A stretch of 64,000 nt of DNA from an uncultured delta proteobacterium (GTDB lineage: Bacteria; Desulfobacterota; RBG-13-43-22). Under the pieces are notes generated by a model. It saw nothing but the letters and a program-made list of their open reading frames with translations, had not been told where the DNA came from and made no database searches. Position numbers and translations under genes: made by a program. Position 1 is the stretch's first letter; each line of letters begins with the position of its first letter. The stretch covers positions 288,001-352,000 of the forward strand of contig CAWBOS010000015.1 of NCBI GenBank assembly GCA_963790475.1. The letters are read 5' to 3'. Positions 44,400-55,541 of the stretch are shown piece after piece.

Positions 44400-46070
44400 T
44401 CAATGCACACTCCGTTTTTTGCGGCTTAGATAATCCACCAGCAGATATTTGCCAAGCTGGTTCGGAGCGGTGAAGAAGGCCCGGCCCTTGTTGATCTTGG
44501 TAACCTCATTCACGAAGCTCACCAGCATAGGCGAACGGTCAAGCATGAAAGTGTTTATGGTCGCTCCGGAGCGGGTGAAGGCCCGGACCTCTTTGAGGGT
44601 TTCCCGGATGGCCGTGGGGCTGATCCCGAAGGTGGGCCATTCAATATGTAATTGGCCGTTCATGGTAAAGGCGGTCGGTTGACCGTCGGTAATCATGATG
44701 ACTTGGTGCCGGGCATCCGGGTGCTGACCGAGCAAGCGGTGGGCCATACGCAACCCATCCTGAATATTGGTAAAGACGTCGTCCCCGAAACTGCCCACGG
44801 CTTCCAGAAGCTGTTTACGGTTGAGCCGGTGCGCCTGGGTGGCGAATCCGACCATATAAAACTTATCGGTCGGGTAGCGGGTACGAATCAAATGTTCCAG
44901 GGCCAGGGCCACTTTTTTTGCAGCAGTGAAGCGGTCATTCTGGAACATGCTGTAACTCATGTCCAGCATGAGAACGGTGGCAGTAGAGGTATTGAACTCG
45001 GTTTTAAAGACTTCGAAGTCTTCCGGTTTCAGCCGAACCCTGCTCTTTCCCGAGCGTAAGGCTTCGGCCTTCAGACCGCTGCCGGCTTCTCGAAAGACCG
45101 CGTTGGATAAGGTCTTCGGCAAATGCAACTGGAAAGGATCTCCGAAAGCAAAAGGCCGGCTCTCGTCCGGCAGGGCCTCGCCCGGTCCATGAAAGGACGT
45201 ACTGTGGGCCCCGAAGGCACCGCGGCCGACCATGGAATAAATATCACGGAGGGCTTTCTGGGCAATCAGGCGCATGGCCTTGGGTGTTAGCACCAGCCGG
45301 CCTTCCTCAGCAGCCACAAAACCGGACTCACGCAGAAAGTTCATGAACTGCAAAAAAGTCTGGATTGAGCGGCTGGCCTCTTCCCCCAGGTACCGGGCCA
45401 GGTCTTCAAGATTCATGCCCTGCAAATCTCCGCGCTCGAGGGCCTGGATCAGCTCGTCCAAACGTCGCAGCTGCTCGGCCAAGGCCATGGCCTGTTCCAG
45501 GGTCATGGACTGGCCGCCTTGGGACAAATTTTGGGCCGCCATTTGTTGGAGTTGACTCAGGGTTTTAAGAAACTCCTGAAACTCCGCCTCGGCTTCCTTG
45601 TCCAGAAAATCATAATTTCTCAGCTGCTTTACTGCCTCACCGAGATTCTGGGGCAGCCCGTGTAATCCTGCCTCGCGTTGAAATAATTCCTCGATTTTTT
45701 TCCGGGCCTGCCCCGATCCGGTAACGGAAAGCTCCTGGCTGGCCCGCTCTTCCGCCTGTTGGACCGCTTTCAGTTCTTTTTGCACGATCTGGTCCAGTCG
45801 TTTTCGGAGCTCTTCGCTTAAGCCCTTGGGGTTGAACTGTTTAAGCATTTGCCCCCGCTGCTCACTTAATCGTTTGGCCAGTCGGTCCAAACCTTCAAGT
45901 CGAAAGTTCTGGGAATCGAAGGAAAGTCCCTCACGCAGCATCCATTCCAGGGCAAAAGCGGCGTCCCCCGTCTCGAGGAATTTTTCAAGAAAGTCGTCGG
46001 TCATGGCCTTGAACTCCAAGTCGACGACCTGGCTGCCGTCCCATCGGCTATAACGAAATACTTTAGACAT
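44400..46070 (-). CDS. VWA-domain protein
   Basis: FRYSRWDGSQ start, coiled-coil region, MIDAS LDMSYS, TNIQDGL, MITDGQPTA. Confidence 0.88.
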   Translation of the reverse strand: MSKVFRYSRWDGSQVVDLEFKAMTDDFLEKFLETGDAAFALEWMLREGLSFDSQNFRLEGLDRLAKRLSEQRGQMLKQFNPKGLSEELRKRLDQIVQKELKAVQQAEERASQELSVTGSGQARKKIEELFQREAGLHGLPQNLGEAVKQLRNYDFLDKEAEAEFQEFLKTLSQLQQMAAQNLSQGGQSMTLEQAMALAEQLRRLDELIQALERGDLQGMNLEDLARYLGEEASRSIQTFLQFMNFLRESGFVAAEEGRLVLTPKAMRLIAQKALRDIYSMVGRGAFGAHSTSFHGPGEALPDESRPFAFGDPFQLHLPKTLSNAVFREAGSGLKAEALRSGKSRVRLKPEDFEVFKTEFNTSTATVLMLDMSYSMFQNDRFTAAKKVALALEHLIRTRYPTDKFYMVGFATQAHRLNRKQLLEAVGSFGDDVFTNIQDGLRMAHRLLGQHPDARHQVIMITDGQPTAFTMNGQLHIEWPTFGISPTAIRETLKEVRAFTRSGATINTFMLDRSPMLVSFVNEVTKINKGRAFFTAPNQLGKYLLVDYLSRKKRSVH

Positions 46071-46108
46071 AGGTTTCTTTCCTAAATCTTTCTTCTAAAA
46101 ATAAGTAT

Positions 46109-46216
46109 CAAGAGTTCCAAGATTCGAGGTCCAATGAATTCATCGGTTCAAGGTGTAAGGTCTACGGTTTCCTCGGACCTTCCTGCCTGCCCGCAGGCCT
46201 CGGACCTTAAACCTTT
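46109..46216. repeat. Degenerate heptamer palindrome (CAAGGNN family) with nested CCTGC..GCAGG
   Basis: tcggttc aaggtgt aaggtct acggttt / cctcgga cctt[cctgcctgcccgcagg]cctcgga ccttaaa. Confidence 0.6.
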
Positions 46217-46221
46217 CTTTT

Positions 46222-47679
46222 TTAATGAAATCCTTCCCCCCGCTCACGCTTAATGGTCGGCTTGGGTTTGGGCGCCTGAGGTGATATTTTATAGACCGTC
46301 TTGTCCTTGCGCAGTTCCTTGTTCAGTTTCTGGTTCAGATGCAGCCCTTCCAGGACAAACTCCGCGGCCGAGGCCAGTTGTGCCGGAGAATCGCTTAAGC
46401 CCAGCGTTTTCAGTGCCTCCCGCAGGACCGGCACCTGTTTAAAAAAATCCTTGTATTGCGCTGACGGGGAGTCGGCTGAAACTTCCATGGAGGCCCCGGC
46501 CTCAAAAATCCGCGTCACCGGCTCCAGATCTTCAACCCGGAAATGTTGGTCAAAAATACCCCGGATCGCGCGGCGGAGCAGGCGATCCACGATCTCCACT
46601 TCGGTCTGATCCTCACCGGCATATTCGATCTCAATCTTGCCCCGTGAGCTGGCAAAAACGGCCGGCAAATCGGAAATACGCGGTACCACCTCCGGTTCAC
46701 CCAGGCGAATCGCCCGCTTATGGGCGCTGGCCAACACGCTTTCAAAGTTCGAAATGCTCATACGTACCGAGACACCGGAGGATTGATTGATTTCCGGGCA
46801 CTGCCGGGCCTCAAAGGTCAACCCGGCAATAATCTCTTTAACATAATCCGGCACTAGAACCCGGCGATCAGGGGCGACCTTCACTTGGGCCTCCTGCTCG
46901 ACGATAGCCATTTCGATCTCCCGTTTCATAGGATAGTGGGTGCGCACCTGGGAGGAATAACGGTCCTTGAGGGGGGTAATGATGCGCCCCCGGTGGGTGT
47001 AATCTTCCGGGTTGGCCGTGGCCACAATCAACATATCCAGGGGCAGGCGCACCTTGAAACCCTTAATCTGCACATCGCCTTCTTCAAGGATGTTGAACAG
47101 GCTGACCTGGACTTTTTCGGAAAGGTCGGGCAATTCATTGATAGCAAAAATTCCCCGGTTGGTTCGGGGCAAAATCCCGAAGTGGATAACGCGTTCGTCG
47201 GAGAGATATCGTCCCTCGGCCACCTTGATCGGATCCACATCCCCGATCAGGTCCGAGACCGAGACATCGGGCGTGGCCAGTTTCTCACCGAAGCGCTCTT
47301 CCCGCGGGACCCAAACAATGGGAAGACGGTCACCCATTTCGACGGCCCGGATCCGGCATTCGTGACAGATGGGGGCAAAAGGATTATCCAGGATTTCACA
47401 ACCGGCTACTGCCGGCATCCACTCGTCCAGGAGCTGGACCAGAGTCCGGATCAGCCGGCTTTTGGCCTGACCCCGCTCGCCCAGGATGAGAATATCATGG
47501 CCCGAAAGGATAGCGTTCTCCATTTCCGGGATCACGGTCTCATCATACCCGAGGATGCCGGGAAAGAGAGGTTTTCCTGCCTTCATCCTCTCGACCATAT
47601 TTTCCATTAGTTCTTGCTTGACCGAGCGATAACACCACCCGGAGGCACGCAATTCACCTAAGGTTTGACTTTTATTCAC
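46222..47679 (-). CDS. AAA+ ATPase, Mg-chelatase/MoxR-like (partner of the VWA protein)
   Basis: TLGELRASG, Walker A variant GERGQAKS, EKLATPD, INELPDL, ATANPEDYTHRGRIITPLKDR. Confidence 0.88.
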   Translation of the reverse strand: MNKSQTLGELRASGWCYRSVKQELMENMVERMKAGKPLFPGILGYDETVIPEMENAILSGHDILILGERGQAKSRLIRTLVQLLDEWMPAVAGCEILDNPFAPICHECRIRAVEMGDRLPIVWVPREERFGEKLATPDVSVSDLIGDVDPIKVAEGRYLSDERVIHFGILPRTNRGIFAINELPDLSEKVQVSLFNILEEGDVQIKGFKVRLPLDMLIVATANPEDYTHRGRIITPLKDRYSSQVRTHYPMKREIEMAIVEQEAQVKVAPDRRVLVPDYVKEIIAGLTFEARQCPEINQSSGVSVRMSISNFESVLASAHKRAIRLGEPEVVPRISDLPAVFASSRGKIEIEYAGEDQTEVEIVDRLLRRAIRGIFDQHFRVEDLEPVTRIFEAGASMEVSADSPSAQYKDFFKQVPVLREALKTLGLSDSPAQLASAAEFVLEGLHLNQKLNKELRKDKTVYKISPQAPKPKPTIKRERGEGFH

Positions 47680-47865
47680 AGTGTTTCTTCTCCCTTCATT
47701 AATTCAAGGTATTCTAAATTGCCCTATTTACACCCTCCGGGACCGATCCCGAAGCCTAATCGACTTTTTTGATTACTATAGTACCGTTTCATCCGGACTT
47801 CGTCAAAAGGAAAATGTAAGGATGGTTGGGAGGGAAAAAAGGGCCTGGCAACAATTAAAACAAAA

Positions 47866-49232
47866 TTAAAACAATATCCCCAGGCATTCCTGAAGGGACC
47901 CGATTCCGATCAATTCCATAGAAGGAGTCTTAACGGTTTGTTCAAGATTGTTTTTCGGCAGCAGGCAACGGGTGAAACCCAGCTTCTGGGCCTCCTTGAC
48001 CCGCAGCAACGATTGACTGACGGCCCGGATTTCCCCGGTCAATCCCACTTCACCGAATAAGACCGTCTGGGCCGATATCGGACGATCCAGGAAACTGCCG
48101 GCCAGGGAGGCGGCGATACCCAGATCGACGGCCGGTTCATCAATCCGTATGCCTCCGGCCACATTCAGAAAGATATCCTGATTTAAAAGATTGAGTCCGG
48201 CCTTTTTTTCCAGAACAGCCACCAGGAGGGAAACCCGGTTGTGATCCACCCCCATAGCCGTCCGCCGGGGCACCCCGAAATTGGTCTGGCTGACCAGGGC
48301 CTGGAGTTCCACCAGGATAGGCCGGGACCCTTCCAGGCTGGGCACGACCACCGACCCGGGGACATTCAGGGGGCGTTCGGAGAGAAAGAGCTGGGAGGGG
48401 TCTTTGACCTCTGCCAATCCCGAATCTTTCATTTCGAAGACTCCGATTTCATTGGTCGACCCGAAGCGGTTTTTAACCGCCCGGAGGATGCGGTAGGCAT
48501 GACCCCGTTCCCCCTCAAAATATAAAACCGTATCGACCATATGTTCCAGTACCCGGGGGCCGGCGATGATCCCTTCTTTGGTGACATGGCCGATCAGAAA
48601 CAAGGAGGTGTCCGACTTTTTGGCCCAGACCATCAATCGACCGGCTACCTCCCGAACCTGGGAGACACTGCCGGGGGCGGAGCTCATCTCTCCTGAATAA
48701 ATGGTCTGGATGGAATCTATGGCCACAAATCGGGGCTGGAAGTCCTTCAGGATTTTAAAGATGGCTTCCAGGGAGGTTTCGGAAACAACCAGGACCTGAC
48801 TGTTGCCCGGCCCCCAGCCGTTCGCCCCTCATCTTGATCTGCTGAACCGATTCCTCCCCGGAAATAACCATGGATTTATGACCCAAGGCGGCCAACCGGT
48901 CCAGGACCTGGAGGATCAGGGTGGATTTCCCGATCCCGGGATCACCGCCGACCAGGACAGCCGATCCTGGAACCACCCCGCCCCCGAGCACCCGGTCCAG
49001 TTCATCGATCCCGATCAGGTGCCTCTGCTCCCCTTGATTGGAAATTTCTTTCAGAGGTTGGGGGAGAGACTTCCGGACGGGGCCTCTCCTCCCAGGGATG
49101 GGCCTTCAGCGGTGTGGAAAATGATTCTTCGAGAAGACTGTTCCAGGTTCCGCAATCCGGACAACGTCCCAGCCATTTAGGACTTTGAAACCCGCAGGAT
49201 TGGCAGGCATATATTGATTTGTCGGTTTTCAT
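47866..49232 (-). CDS. radA: DNA repair protein RadA/Sms (two apparent +1 frameshifts near 49065 and 48808)
   Basis: CQSCG...WLGRCPDC Zn finger, [29 protein letters not shown]; removing two bases gives 454 aa. Confidence 0.93.
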
Positions 49233-49415
49233 GTTTTTCCCATTGTAATGCAAAAAAAAATAACTTCCAGGGTTTATTTTCTTGAATCAGACTCTATTTT
49301 CTTAACTATTTAAAAATAGGTGTATATTATGACTAAACAGGATTAACTCTCGTCCAAAGGCCAGGCTTCTATCCCGCCGCTTTCTAAAGAAGATACCGCC
49401 CTGAAAAAATTTAGA

Positions 49416-49444
49416 TTGACATTATCTCCTGTTTTCATTATAAT
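49416..49444 (+). promoter_or_regulatory. Consensus sigma70 promoter of tRNA-Gly
   Basis: TTGACA-17-TATAAT, 12 nt upstream of the tRNA. Confidence 0.85.
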
Positions 49445-49456
49445 ATTATTTTTTAA

Positions 49457-49532
49457 GCGGGCATAGCTCAGCTGGTAGAGTACAAGCTTCCCAAGCTTGG
49501 TGTCGCGGGTTCGAATCCCGTTGCCCGCTCCA
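49457..49532 (+). tRNA. trnG: tRNA-Gly (CCC)
   Basis: GCGGGCA...CAAGC TT CCC AA GCTTG...GGTTCGAATCC...TGCCCGCTCCA. Confidence 0.97.
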
Positions 49533-49675
49533 ACTTGGTTGGAGCGGTAGTTCCCTTTTTGAGGTGGGTCTTGGCCCTTAGTCGATTCAGGGTAGGCCAT
49601 GTCTTCGAATAGCGGATGAGTTGATATTTTTTAAATTTTTTGCAACACCAATATCAATTACTGTTCTGCGTTACG

Positions 49676-49701
49676 AAGTGGGCCTCGGCCCATTTTTTTT
49701 T
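49676..49701 (+). terminator. rimP leader terminator-like hairpin
   Basis: GTGGGC-ctcg-GCCCAT followed by a T-run just upstream of rimP. Confidence 0.75.
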
Positions 49702-49708
49702 GGCTTAT

Positions 49709-50179
49709 ATGAGTACCTTCTCTAGAGTAGAACTGGATCGAATGGAACCAATGGTCGAGTCCCTTCTGAAAGCCGAAGGGCTGGAACTGGTTGATCTGGA
49801 GTTTCGTAAAGAAGCTCGGGGATGGGTGCTTCGAATTTTTATGGATAAACCGGGGGGGGTGACCCTGGACGATTGTTCGGAAATAAGCCGGGAAATTGGT
49901 GATCAGATCGAGGTCAACGAGTTGATACCTCATTCTTATACGTTGGAAGTCTCTTCCCCCGGATTGGATCGTCCTTTAAAAAAAGAAAAAGATTTTCTTG
50001 GCAGTATTGGAAAATTGATTCAACTTTCAACAAGCGCCCCTCTGGAGGGGCAGACCTTTTTCAAAGGAATCCTTTTGGATTTTCAGGCTTTTGGTAGTCT
50101 GCGTCTGGCCGAAACTAAAAAAACCTGGGAGATCCCGGCTGGACTAATTTCCAAAGCCCGATTGGTTTTTGAGGGTTGA
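49709..50179 (+). CDS. rimP: Ribosome maturation factor RimP
   Basis: LRIFMDKPGGVTLDDC, YTLEVSSPGLDRPL; start position uncertain. Confidence 0.95.
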   Translation: MSTFSRVELDRMEPMVESLLKAEGLELVDLEFRKEARGWVLRIFMDKPGGVTLDDCSEISREIGDQIEVNELIPHSYTLEVSSPGLDRPLKKEKDFLGSIGKLIQLSTSAPLEGQTFFKGILLDFQAFGSLRLAETKKTWEIPAGLISKARLVFEG

Positions 50180-50319
50180 AGCTGTTTTTTGCATCAGGAT
50201 ATAAATTTTCAGGCTATCGAATGGGTATTCAGGACAAAACCCGCCTAGCCCGGGCTTGAGCGACTTAACGCCGTACGCGATCTTATTAGTAGTAGTATTA
50301 TCTTAAAGGAGTCAAAACG

Positions 50320-51708
50320 ATGGCTTTGATTCAGAAAAAAGAAAAAGAGTTAGCTGGAATTCCTCCCTTGGAACTGAAGAGAGTTATTGATCAAGTCAGC
50401 AGGGACAAAGGAATTAATAAAGAGGTCCTGATCTCCACCCTGGTGGAAGCCATAGCATCGGCCGCCAAGAAAAAATTAGGCCTGAAAACTGAGATCGAGG
50501 TCAATTACAACGAAGACCTGGGAGAGATCGAGGTTTTTGAATTCAAGGAAGTGGCCGACAAAGTCAAGGACCCCAACACGCAGATTTCTCTCGAGGAGGG
50601 GAAAAGGATGGATCCCGAATGCGAGGTTGGAGACAGCCTCGGGATTAAGATGGAGACCAGCTCTTTCGGTCGGATTGCCGCCCAATCAGCTAAACAGGTC
50701 ATCATTCAACGGATGAAGGACGTGGAACGGGATATTGTCTTTGAAGATTTTAAAGATCGAAAGGGAGAGGTGATCAATGGGATCATTCAACGGTTTGACA
50801 AAGGGGCGGCCATTATCAACCTGGGCCGAACAGAAGCGATCCTGCCGATCCCCGAACAGATTCCCACAGAAACTTACAAGCAGGGGGATCGGGTCCGGGC
50901 GTATGTGCTGGAGGTGAAAAAAATCAGCAAAGGCCCTCAGATCATCCTTTCCAGAACCCATCCCCAGTTTCTGGCCGCCCTTTTTGAAATGGAGGTTCCG
51001 GAAATTTCACAAAAAATCGTCCGAATTGTCAATGTGGTTCGGGAACCGGGAGGACGATCTAAAATCGCCGTCGTCAGTGAAGATAAAGATGTCGATCCGG
51101 TCGGAGCCTGTGTGGGGATGAAAGGAAACCGCGTTCAATATGTCGTTCAGGAGCTTAGGGGTGAAAAGATCGATATCATCTCCTGGAATCCGGATCCGGC
51201 CAAGTTTATCTGTAATGCCCTGGCCCCGGCTGAGATCATTCGGGTGATCATTGATGAAGTTAATCGTTCCATGGAAGTAGTAGTGCCCGATGAACAATTG
51301 TCTTTGGCCATAGGGAAGAGAGGGCAGAATGTCCGCCTGGCTTCCCGTTTGACTGGATGGAAAATTGATGTCAAAAGTGAATCGAAATATACCAAATCCA
51401 TGCGGGACGGATACCAATCCTTACTTCAGATAACCGGGGTAGGGGAAGCCACGGCTGACTCCTTATACAAAGGAGGTTTTGGTTCAGCCAAAGAGGTGGC
51501 CGAATCCAACATCAATGAATTGATGCAGATTTCCGGAATTACCTCCAAAAAGGCAGAGAAATTGCTGGATGCCGCCAACGAATTTTTAAAAATTACTCAA
51601 CCTAAGGATCCCCTGGCTGAAAATCAGGAAACTGAAAAAGAAAAAACAGCCCAAGATGAGGGTTTGGGGGAGACCCCCTTAATGGAAAAAGAGGCTCCCG
51701 CTGAATGA
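50320..51708 (+). CDS. nusA: Transcription factor NusA
   Basis: FGRIAAQSAKQVI, REPGGRSKIAV, SLAIGKRGQNVRLA, C-terminal HhH. Confidence 0.98.
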   Translation: MALIQKKEKELAGIPPLELKRVIDQVSRDKGINKEVLISTLVEAIASAAKKKLGLKTEIEVNYNEDLGEIEVFEFKEVADKVKDPNTQISLEEGKRMDPECEVGDSLGIKMETSSFGRIAAQSAKQVIIQRMKDVERDIVFEDFKDRKGEVINGIIQRFDKGAAIINLGRTEAILPIPEQIPTETYKQGDRVRAYVLEVKKISKGPQIILSRTHPQFLAALFEMEVPEISQKIVRIVNVVREPGGRSKIAVVSEDKDVDPVGACVGMKGNRVQYVVQELRGEKIDIISWNPDPAKFICNALAPAEIIRVIIDEVNRSMEVVVPDEQLSLAIGKRGQNVRLASRLTGWKIDVKSESKYTKSMRDGYQSLLQITGVGEATADSLYKGGFGSAKEVAESNINELMQISGITSKKAEKLLDAANEFLKITQPKDPLAENQETEKEKTAQDEGLGETPLMEKEAPAE

Positions 51709-51980
51709 TAAGGCAAAGGACTTGTCGCGCCTGCCGAAAAAAAAAAGACAAGAAAGAATTATTGAGGCTGATATTTTTGGATAAAAAAACTTTAGAGGTT
51801 GATCCCGGGCAAATCATGCCTGGGAGAGGGTGGTATCTGTGTCCGGAAGAGACCTGCCTGTTTTGTCTGAAGGCCGCAAAAAGCCGGCATAAGTCCTTTG
51901 GCCGTGATTTTGAGATCGGTCCGGGGTTGAACAACTTAATGATGATTCCGCCGGCAGGGGGGGTACATGGCCAAAATTAG
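51705..51980 (+). CDS. ylxR: YlxR/RnpM-family protein (DUF448)
   Basis: RTCRACR...KELLRL...PGRGWYLC...C; lies between nusA and infB. Confidence 0.85.
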   Translation: MIRQRTCRACRKKKDKKELLRLIFLDKKTLEVDPGQIMPGRGWYLCPEETCLFCLKAAKSRHKSFGRDFEIGPGLNNLMMIPPAGGVHGQN

Positions 51981-54594
51981 AGTCTATGAATTAGCCAAAG
52001 AACTGCAAATGGAAAATAAGGTCCTGGTGGATCTTATTCGTGAACTGGGGATTGAAATCAAAAGTCATTCCTCGTCCCTGACTGAAGAACAGATTTCTTT
52101 GATCAAAGGTCATTTGAAAGGGACTAAATCCTTAGTCGTTGAAGAACAGCGGATTAAATCCACAGTCATCCGGCGGCGAAAAAAGATCGTGGAGGTCGAA
52201 CCGGTCATTGAACCCCCTGCAGAAGAACCGATCCTGGAAACACAGCCGGAACCCGAAATCAAGGAGGAAACTCCTGCTGTTCCTGAACCAAAACGGCCCA
52301 AGATAACGGTAGTTGAAAAGGAACCCTCAGCGGAACCAATTACCGAGACAATTGTTGAGGCGCAAGCCGCACCGGGGGAAGAAGAAAAAAAGGAAGGAGA
52401 AACGGAGATCGCCCAACCCGCACCACTTCCCAAACCTCTTCCGGGTAAGCCTCTTAAGCCGGCGAAAGAAGTCCCGGCTAAGGTGATTCGACGAGCGGAG
52501 GCACCGGCCCGAGTGATCCGACCGGCAGAACCGATTGTTAAATTGGTTCAACCTATCAGGCCGCCCACCCCCCAGGTCAAACCGGAAGAAAAAAAGCCCG
52601 ACAAGTTAGAAAAAGAGGCCCCCAAGGATAAAATATCTTCCAGAAAGAAGCCGAAAGCAGGTAAGACCGCGGCCGAGGAAGAAGCCGCCAAGGCCAAAAT
52701 ATTCAAAAAGAAAAGGGAGATCTTAGAGCGTGCGGATTTATATGATGATTCGGGGAAAGAGGCCAGGGCTTACCGGGCCGGTAAGGGGGGAAAATTACCG
52801 GTCAAGAAATTCAAAAAGACGGAAATCACCACCCCTAAGGCGATCAAACGCCGATTAAAGGTCTCCGAGTTTATTAATGTCAGTGAACTGGCCAAGAGAA
52901 TGGGCATCAAATCGGGGGAACTCATCAAAAAGATGATCGCCTTAGGACTTATGGTCACATTAAATCAATCGGTTGATTTTGATACGGCCGCTTTGGCGGC
53001 TTCCGAATTCGGCTTCGAGGTGGAAAAAGTTCACCTTGAGGAAGAGCAAATATTAAACCTTCATACCGATCTTCAGGAAGAACTCCAGACCCGGCCTCCG
53101 GTGGTCACCATCATGGGACATGTGGACCACGGCAAGACCTCTTTATTGGATGTTATTCGAAAAACCAACGTCACCGCCGGCGAGGCCGGAGGAATCACCC
53201 AGCACATCGGGGCCTATCATGTCCATCTGGATAAGGGGGAGATTGTTTTCCTGGATACCCCCGGTCATGAGGCCTTTACGGCCATGAGGGCCAGAGGGGC
53301 TCAGATAACGGATATCGTCATCCTGGTGGTGGCCGCCGACGATGGGATGATGCCACAAACCAAAGAGGCCATTGATCATGCCCGGGCGGCCGGGGTCCCC
53401 ATCATCGTTGCCATTAACAAAATAGACAAACCCAATGCCAATCCGGAACGGGTCAAAAGGCAATTGGCCGAATACGGGTTGTCCCCTGAGGAATGGGGGG
53501 GAGACACCATTTTTGCCGAGGTGTCGGCCAAGACGGGCGCTGGAGTCGATGCCCTTCTGGAATTAATCCTCTTGCAGTCCGAGGTCCTGGAGTTAAAGGC
53601 CAATCCCAATAAATTAGCGACAGGAAGGATCGTCGAAGCCCGGCTGGATAAAGGCCGGGGGCCTATTGCCACCGTGCTTATTTCCGGGGGCGTGTTAAAA
53701 ACAGGAGACCCCTTTATCTGCGGGATCCATTTTGGAAAGGTCCGGGCCCTTTATAACGATTGGGGTCAGAAAGTGAATCAGGCCCTGCCCTCCATCCCGG
53801 TCGAAGTTCATGGGTTTAACGGTGTTCCCCAGGCTGGAGATGAATTTGTCGTGGTTGAAGATGAAAAAACCGCCAGACAGATCGGGGTATTCCGCCTCCA
53901 GAAAAAGCGGGAGGCCGAACTTTCCAAAACCAGCAAAGTCACCCTGGAAAAGCTCTATGAACAAATCCAGGAAGGACAGGTCAAGGAACTCAACATCATT
54001 CTTAAGGCTGATGTCCAGGGGTCCATTGAAGCCATTAGCGAAGCCCTGAATAAGTTGAGCACTCCGGTCATCAAGGTCAATGTCATCCATAGCTCCCCGG
54101 GGGCGATCACCGAGACCGACATCATGCTGGCCTCGGCCTCCAAAGCCATTATCATCGGATTCAACGTCCGGCCAAACCATAAAGTGCAGGAAATGGCAGA
54201 ACAGGAGCTGGTCGACGTTCGGTTTTACGATATCATCTATCAACTGGTTTCCGATGTCAAAGATGCCATGGTGGGGATGCTGGAGCCTGTTCATAAAGAG
54301 GTGGTTCACGGGCACGCCGAAATCAGGGAGATTTTTCATGTCCCCAAGGTCGGTGCCATCGCCGGAAGTTTTGTGATCGATGGGACCATTGAAAGAAATG
54401 CCAAGGCCCGTCTTCTGAGGGACCATGTGGTGATCTATGATGGTCGAATAGCTTCTCTGCGGCGACTCAAAGACGATGTTAAAGAGGTGGCTGCCGGTTA
54501 TGAATGCGGTATCCGGCTGGAAGATTATAATGATCTCAAGGTGGGGGATGTAGTGGAATCGTATATCCTCGAAGAAGTTAAGCCGGAACTTTGA
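51967..54594 (+). CDS. infB: Translation initiation factor IF-2
   Basis: [33 protein letters not shown]. Confidence 0.99.
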   Translation: MAKIRVYELAKELQMENKVLVDLIRELGIEIKSHSSSLTEEQISLIKGHLKGTKSLVVEEQRIKSTVIRRRKKIVEVEPVIEPPAEEPILETQPEPEIKEETPAVPEPKRPKITVVEKEPSAEPITETIVEAQAAPGEEEKKEGETEIAQPAPLPKPLPGKPLKPAKEVPAKVIRRAEAPARVIRPAEPIVKLVQPIRPPTPQVKPEEKKPDKLEKEAPKDKISSRKKPKAGKTAAEEEAAKAKIFKKKREILERADLYDDSGKEARAYRAGKGGKLPVKKFKKTEITTPKAIKRRLKVSEFINVSELAKRMGIKSGELIKKMIALGLMVTLNQSVDFDTAALAASEFGFEVEKVHLEEEQILNLHTDLQEELQTRPPVVTIMGHVDHGKTSLLDVIRKTNVTAGEAGGITQHIGAYHVHLDKGEIVFLDTPGHEAFTAMRARGAQITDIVILVVAADDGMMPQTKEAIDHARAAGVPIIVAINKIDKPNANPERVKRQLAEYGLSPEEWGGDTIFAEVSAKTGAGVDALLELILLQSEVLELKANPNKLATGRIVEARLDKGRGPIATVLISGGVLKTGDPFICGIHFGKVRALYNDWGQKVNQALPSIPVEVHGFNGVPQAGDEFVVVEDEKTARQIGVFRLQKKREAELSKTSKVTLEKLYEQIQEGQVKELNIILKADVQGSIEAISEALNKLSTPVIKVNVIHSSPGAITETDIMLASASKAIIIGFNVRPNHKVQEMAEQELVDVRFYDIIYQLVSDVKDAMVGMLEPVHKEVVHGHAEIREIFHVPKVGAIAGSFVIDGTIERNAKARLLRDHVVIYDGRIASLRRLKDDVKEVAAGYECGIRLEDYNDLKVGDVVESYILEEVKPEL

Positions 54595-54595
54595 T

Positions 54596-54738
54596 AAACG
54601 ATACAAGGTATACAGAGGGTACAAGGTTAACGGCATAAGGTGCTCGGTTTTCCGGGGTTTTTGATTTTTATTTAGGATTTGCCTTGAACCTCCTGCCCCT
54701 GCGGGCCTGCAGGCGCAGGCCTTATCCTTTGCGCCTTT
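54596..54738. repeat. Degenerate heptamer palindrome (CAAGGNN family) with nested CCTGC..GCAGG
   Basis: caaggta ... caaggtt aacggca taaggtg ctcggtt / tgccttg aacct[cctgc...gcagg]ccttatc ctttgcg ccttt; starts at the infB stop. Confidence 0.6.
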
Positions 54739-54750
54739 ATTTTAGGAATT

Positions 54751-55041
54751 ATGATGGTCATCGGTATCCTGGAAATGATTCTTTATCTGCCGGAATCTCA
54801 TTCTCTGAAGGAAAAGCGCCAGGTCGTCAAAAGCATAAAGGACAAAGTCCACAACCGGTTTAACGTGGCCATTGCCGAGATCGACGACCTCGATCTGTGG
54901 CAAAAGGCCCATTTGGGGATTTGCAGTCTGGGAAACGATCGAAGCCAGGTCAATGGCCGCCTGGATGTGGTCATCAATTTCATTGAAAGGCTGCAGCTTG
55001 CGGTTGATATTGATACCCAGATAGAATTGTTAGACTATTAA
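54751..55041 (+). CDS. DUF503 (YlxP) family protein
   Basis: SHSLKEKRQVVKS, FNVAIAE, DLWQ. Confidence 0.9.
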   Translation: MMVIGILEMILYLPESHSLKEKRQVVKSIKDKVHNRFNVAIAEIDDLDLWQKAHLGICSLGNDRSQVNGRLDVVINFIERLQLAVDIDTQIELLDY

Positions 55042-55067
55042 CTGACGAGGACTGAATGAGGAAATTT

Positions 55068-55130
55068 TAGTTCGGAGTTAATAGTTCGGAGTAAAATCTC
55101 TCAACTCCGAACTCCGAACTCGAAACTGCA
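55068..55130. repeat. Heptamer-built palindrome (GAGTTCG family)
   Basis: tagttcg gagttaa tagttcg gagtaaa / aactccg aactccg aactcga aactgca. Confidence 0.8.
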
Positions 55131-55157
55131 TTTTAATGATTCTCAGATCCCAAGAAA

Positions 55158-55541
55158 ATGATAATGCACGCTACACCATCTAAACCGAAAAGGACTATTC
55201 AAGTCGGGGGATTGATCCAGCAGGAAATCTCGGAGCTGTTAGTGAGGAAAATAAAAGACCCCCGACTGGAATTGGTGACCATCACCGGCGTCGAGGTCTC
55301 ACCCGACCTGAAGTTGGCCCGGGTCTATTTCAGCCGGTTTGGGGATCCTGAAGAGGTCCGGCGGGGCCTGGAAGGCTTACAAAGTGCTACTGGATTCATC
55401 AAACGGGAATTGGGGCAGCGCCTGAAACTGCGCCGTGTCCCTGATTTGGAATTTGCCCACGATACCTCTTTTGAATACGGAGACCGGATCGAATCCTTAT
55501 TAAAAGATTTGTTCCCAGTCAAAGAACCTGAGGAATCATGA
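55158..55541 (+). CDS. rbfA: Ribosome-binding factor A
   Basis: IKDPRL, VEVSPDLKLARVY, LRRVPDLEFAHD. Confidence 0.96.
   Translation: MIMHATPSKPKRTIQVGGLIQQEISELLVRKIKDPRLELVTITGVEVSPDLKLARVYFSRFGDPEEVRRGLEGLQSATGFIKRELGQRLKLRRVPDLEFAHDTSFEYGDRIESLLKDLFPVKEPEES

Noticed and set aside
32358-49456. Region as a tRNA-integrated prophage or genomic island
   Set aside because: It lies on the 5' side of both flanking tRNAs, has no integrase or att duplication, and contains housekeeping genes (radA, suhB).
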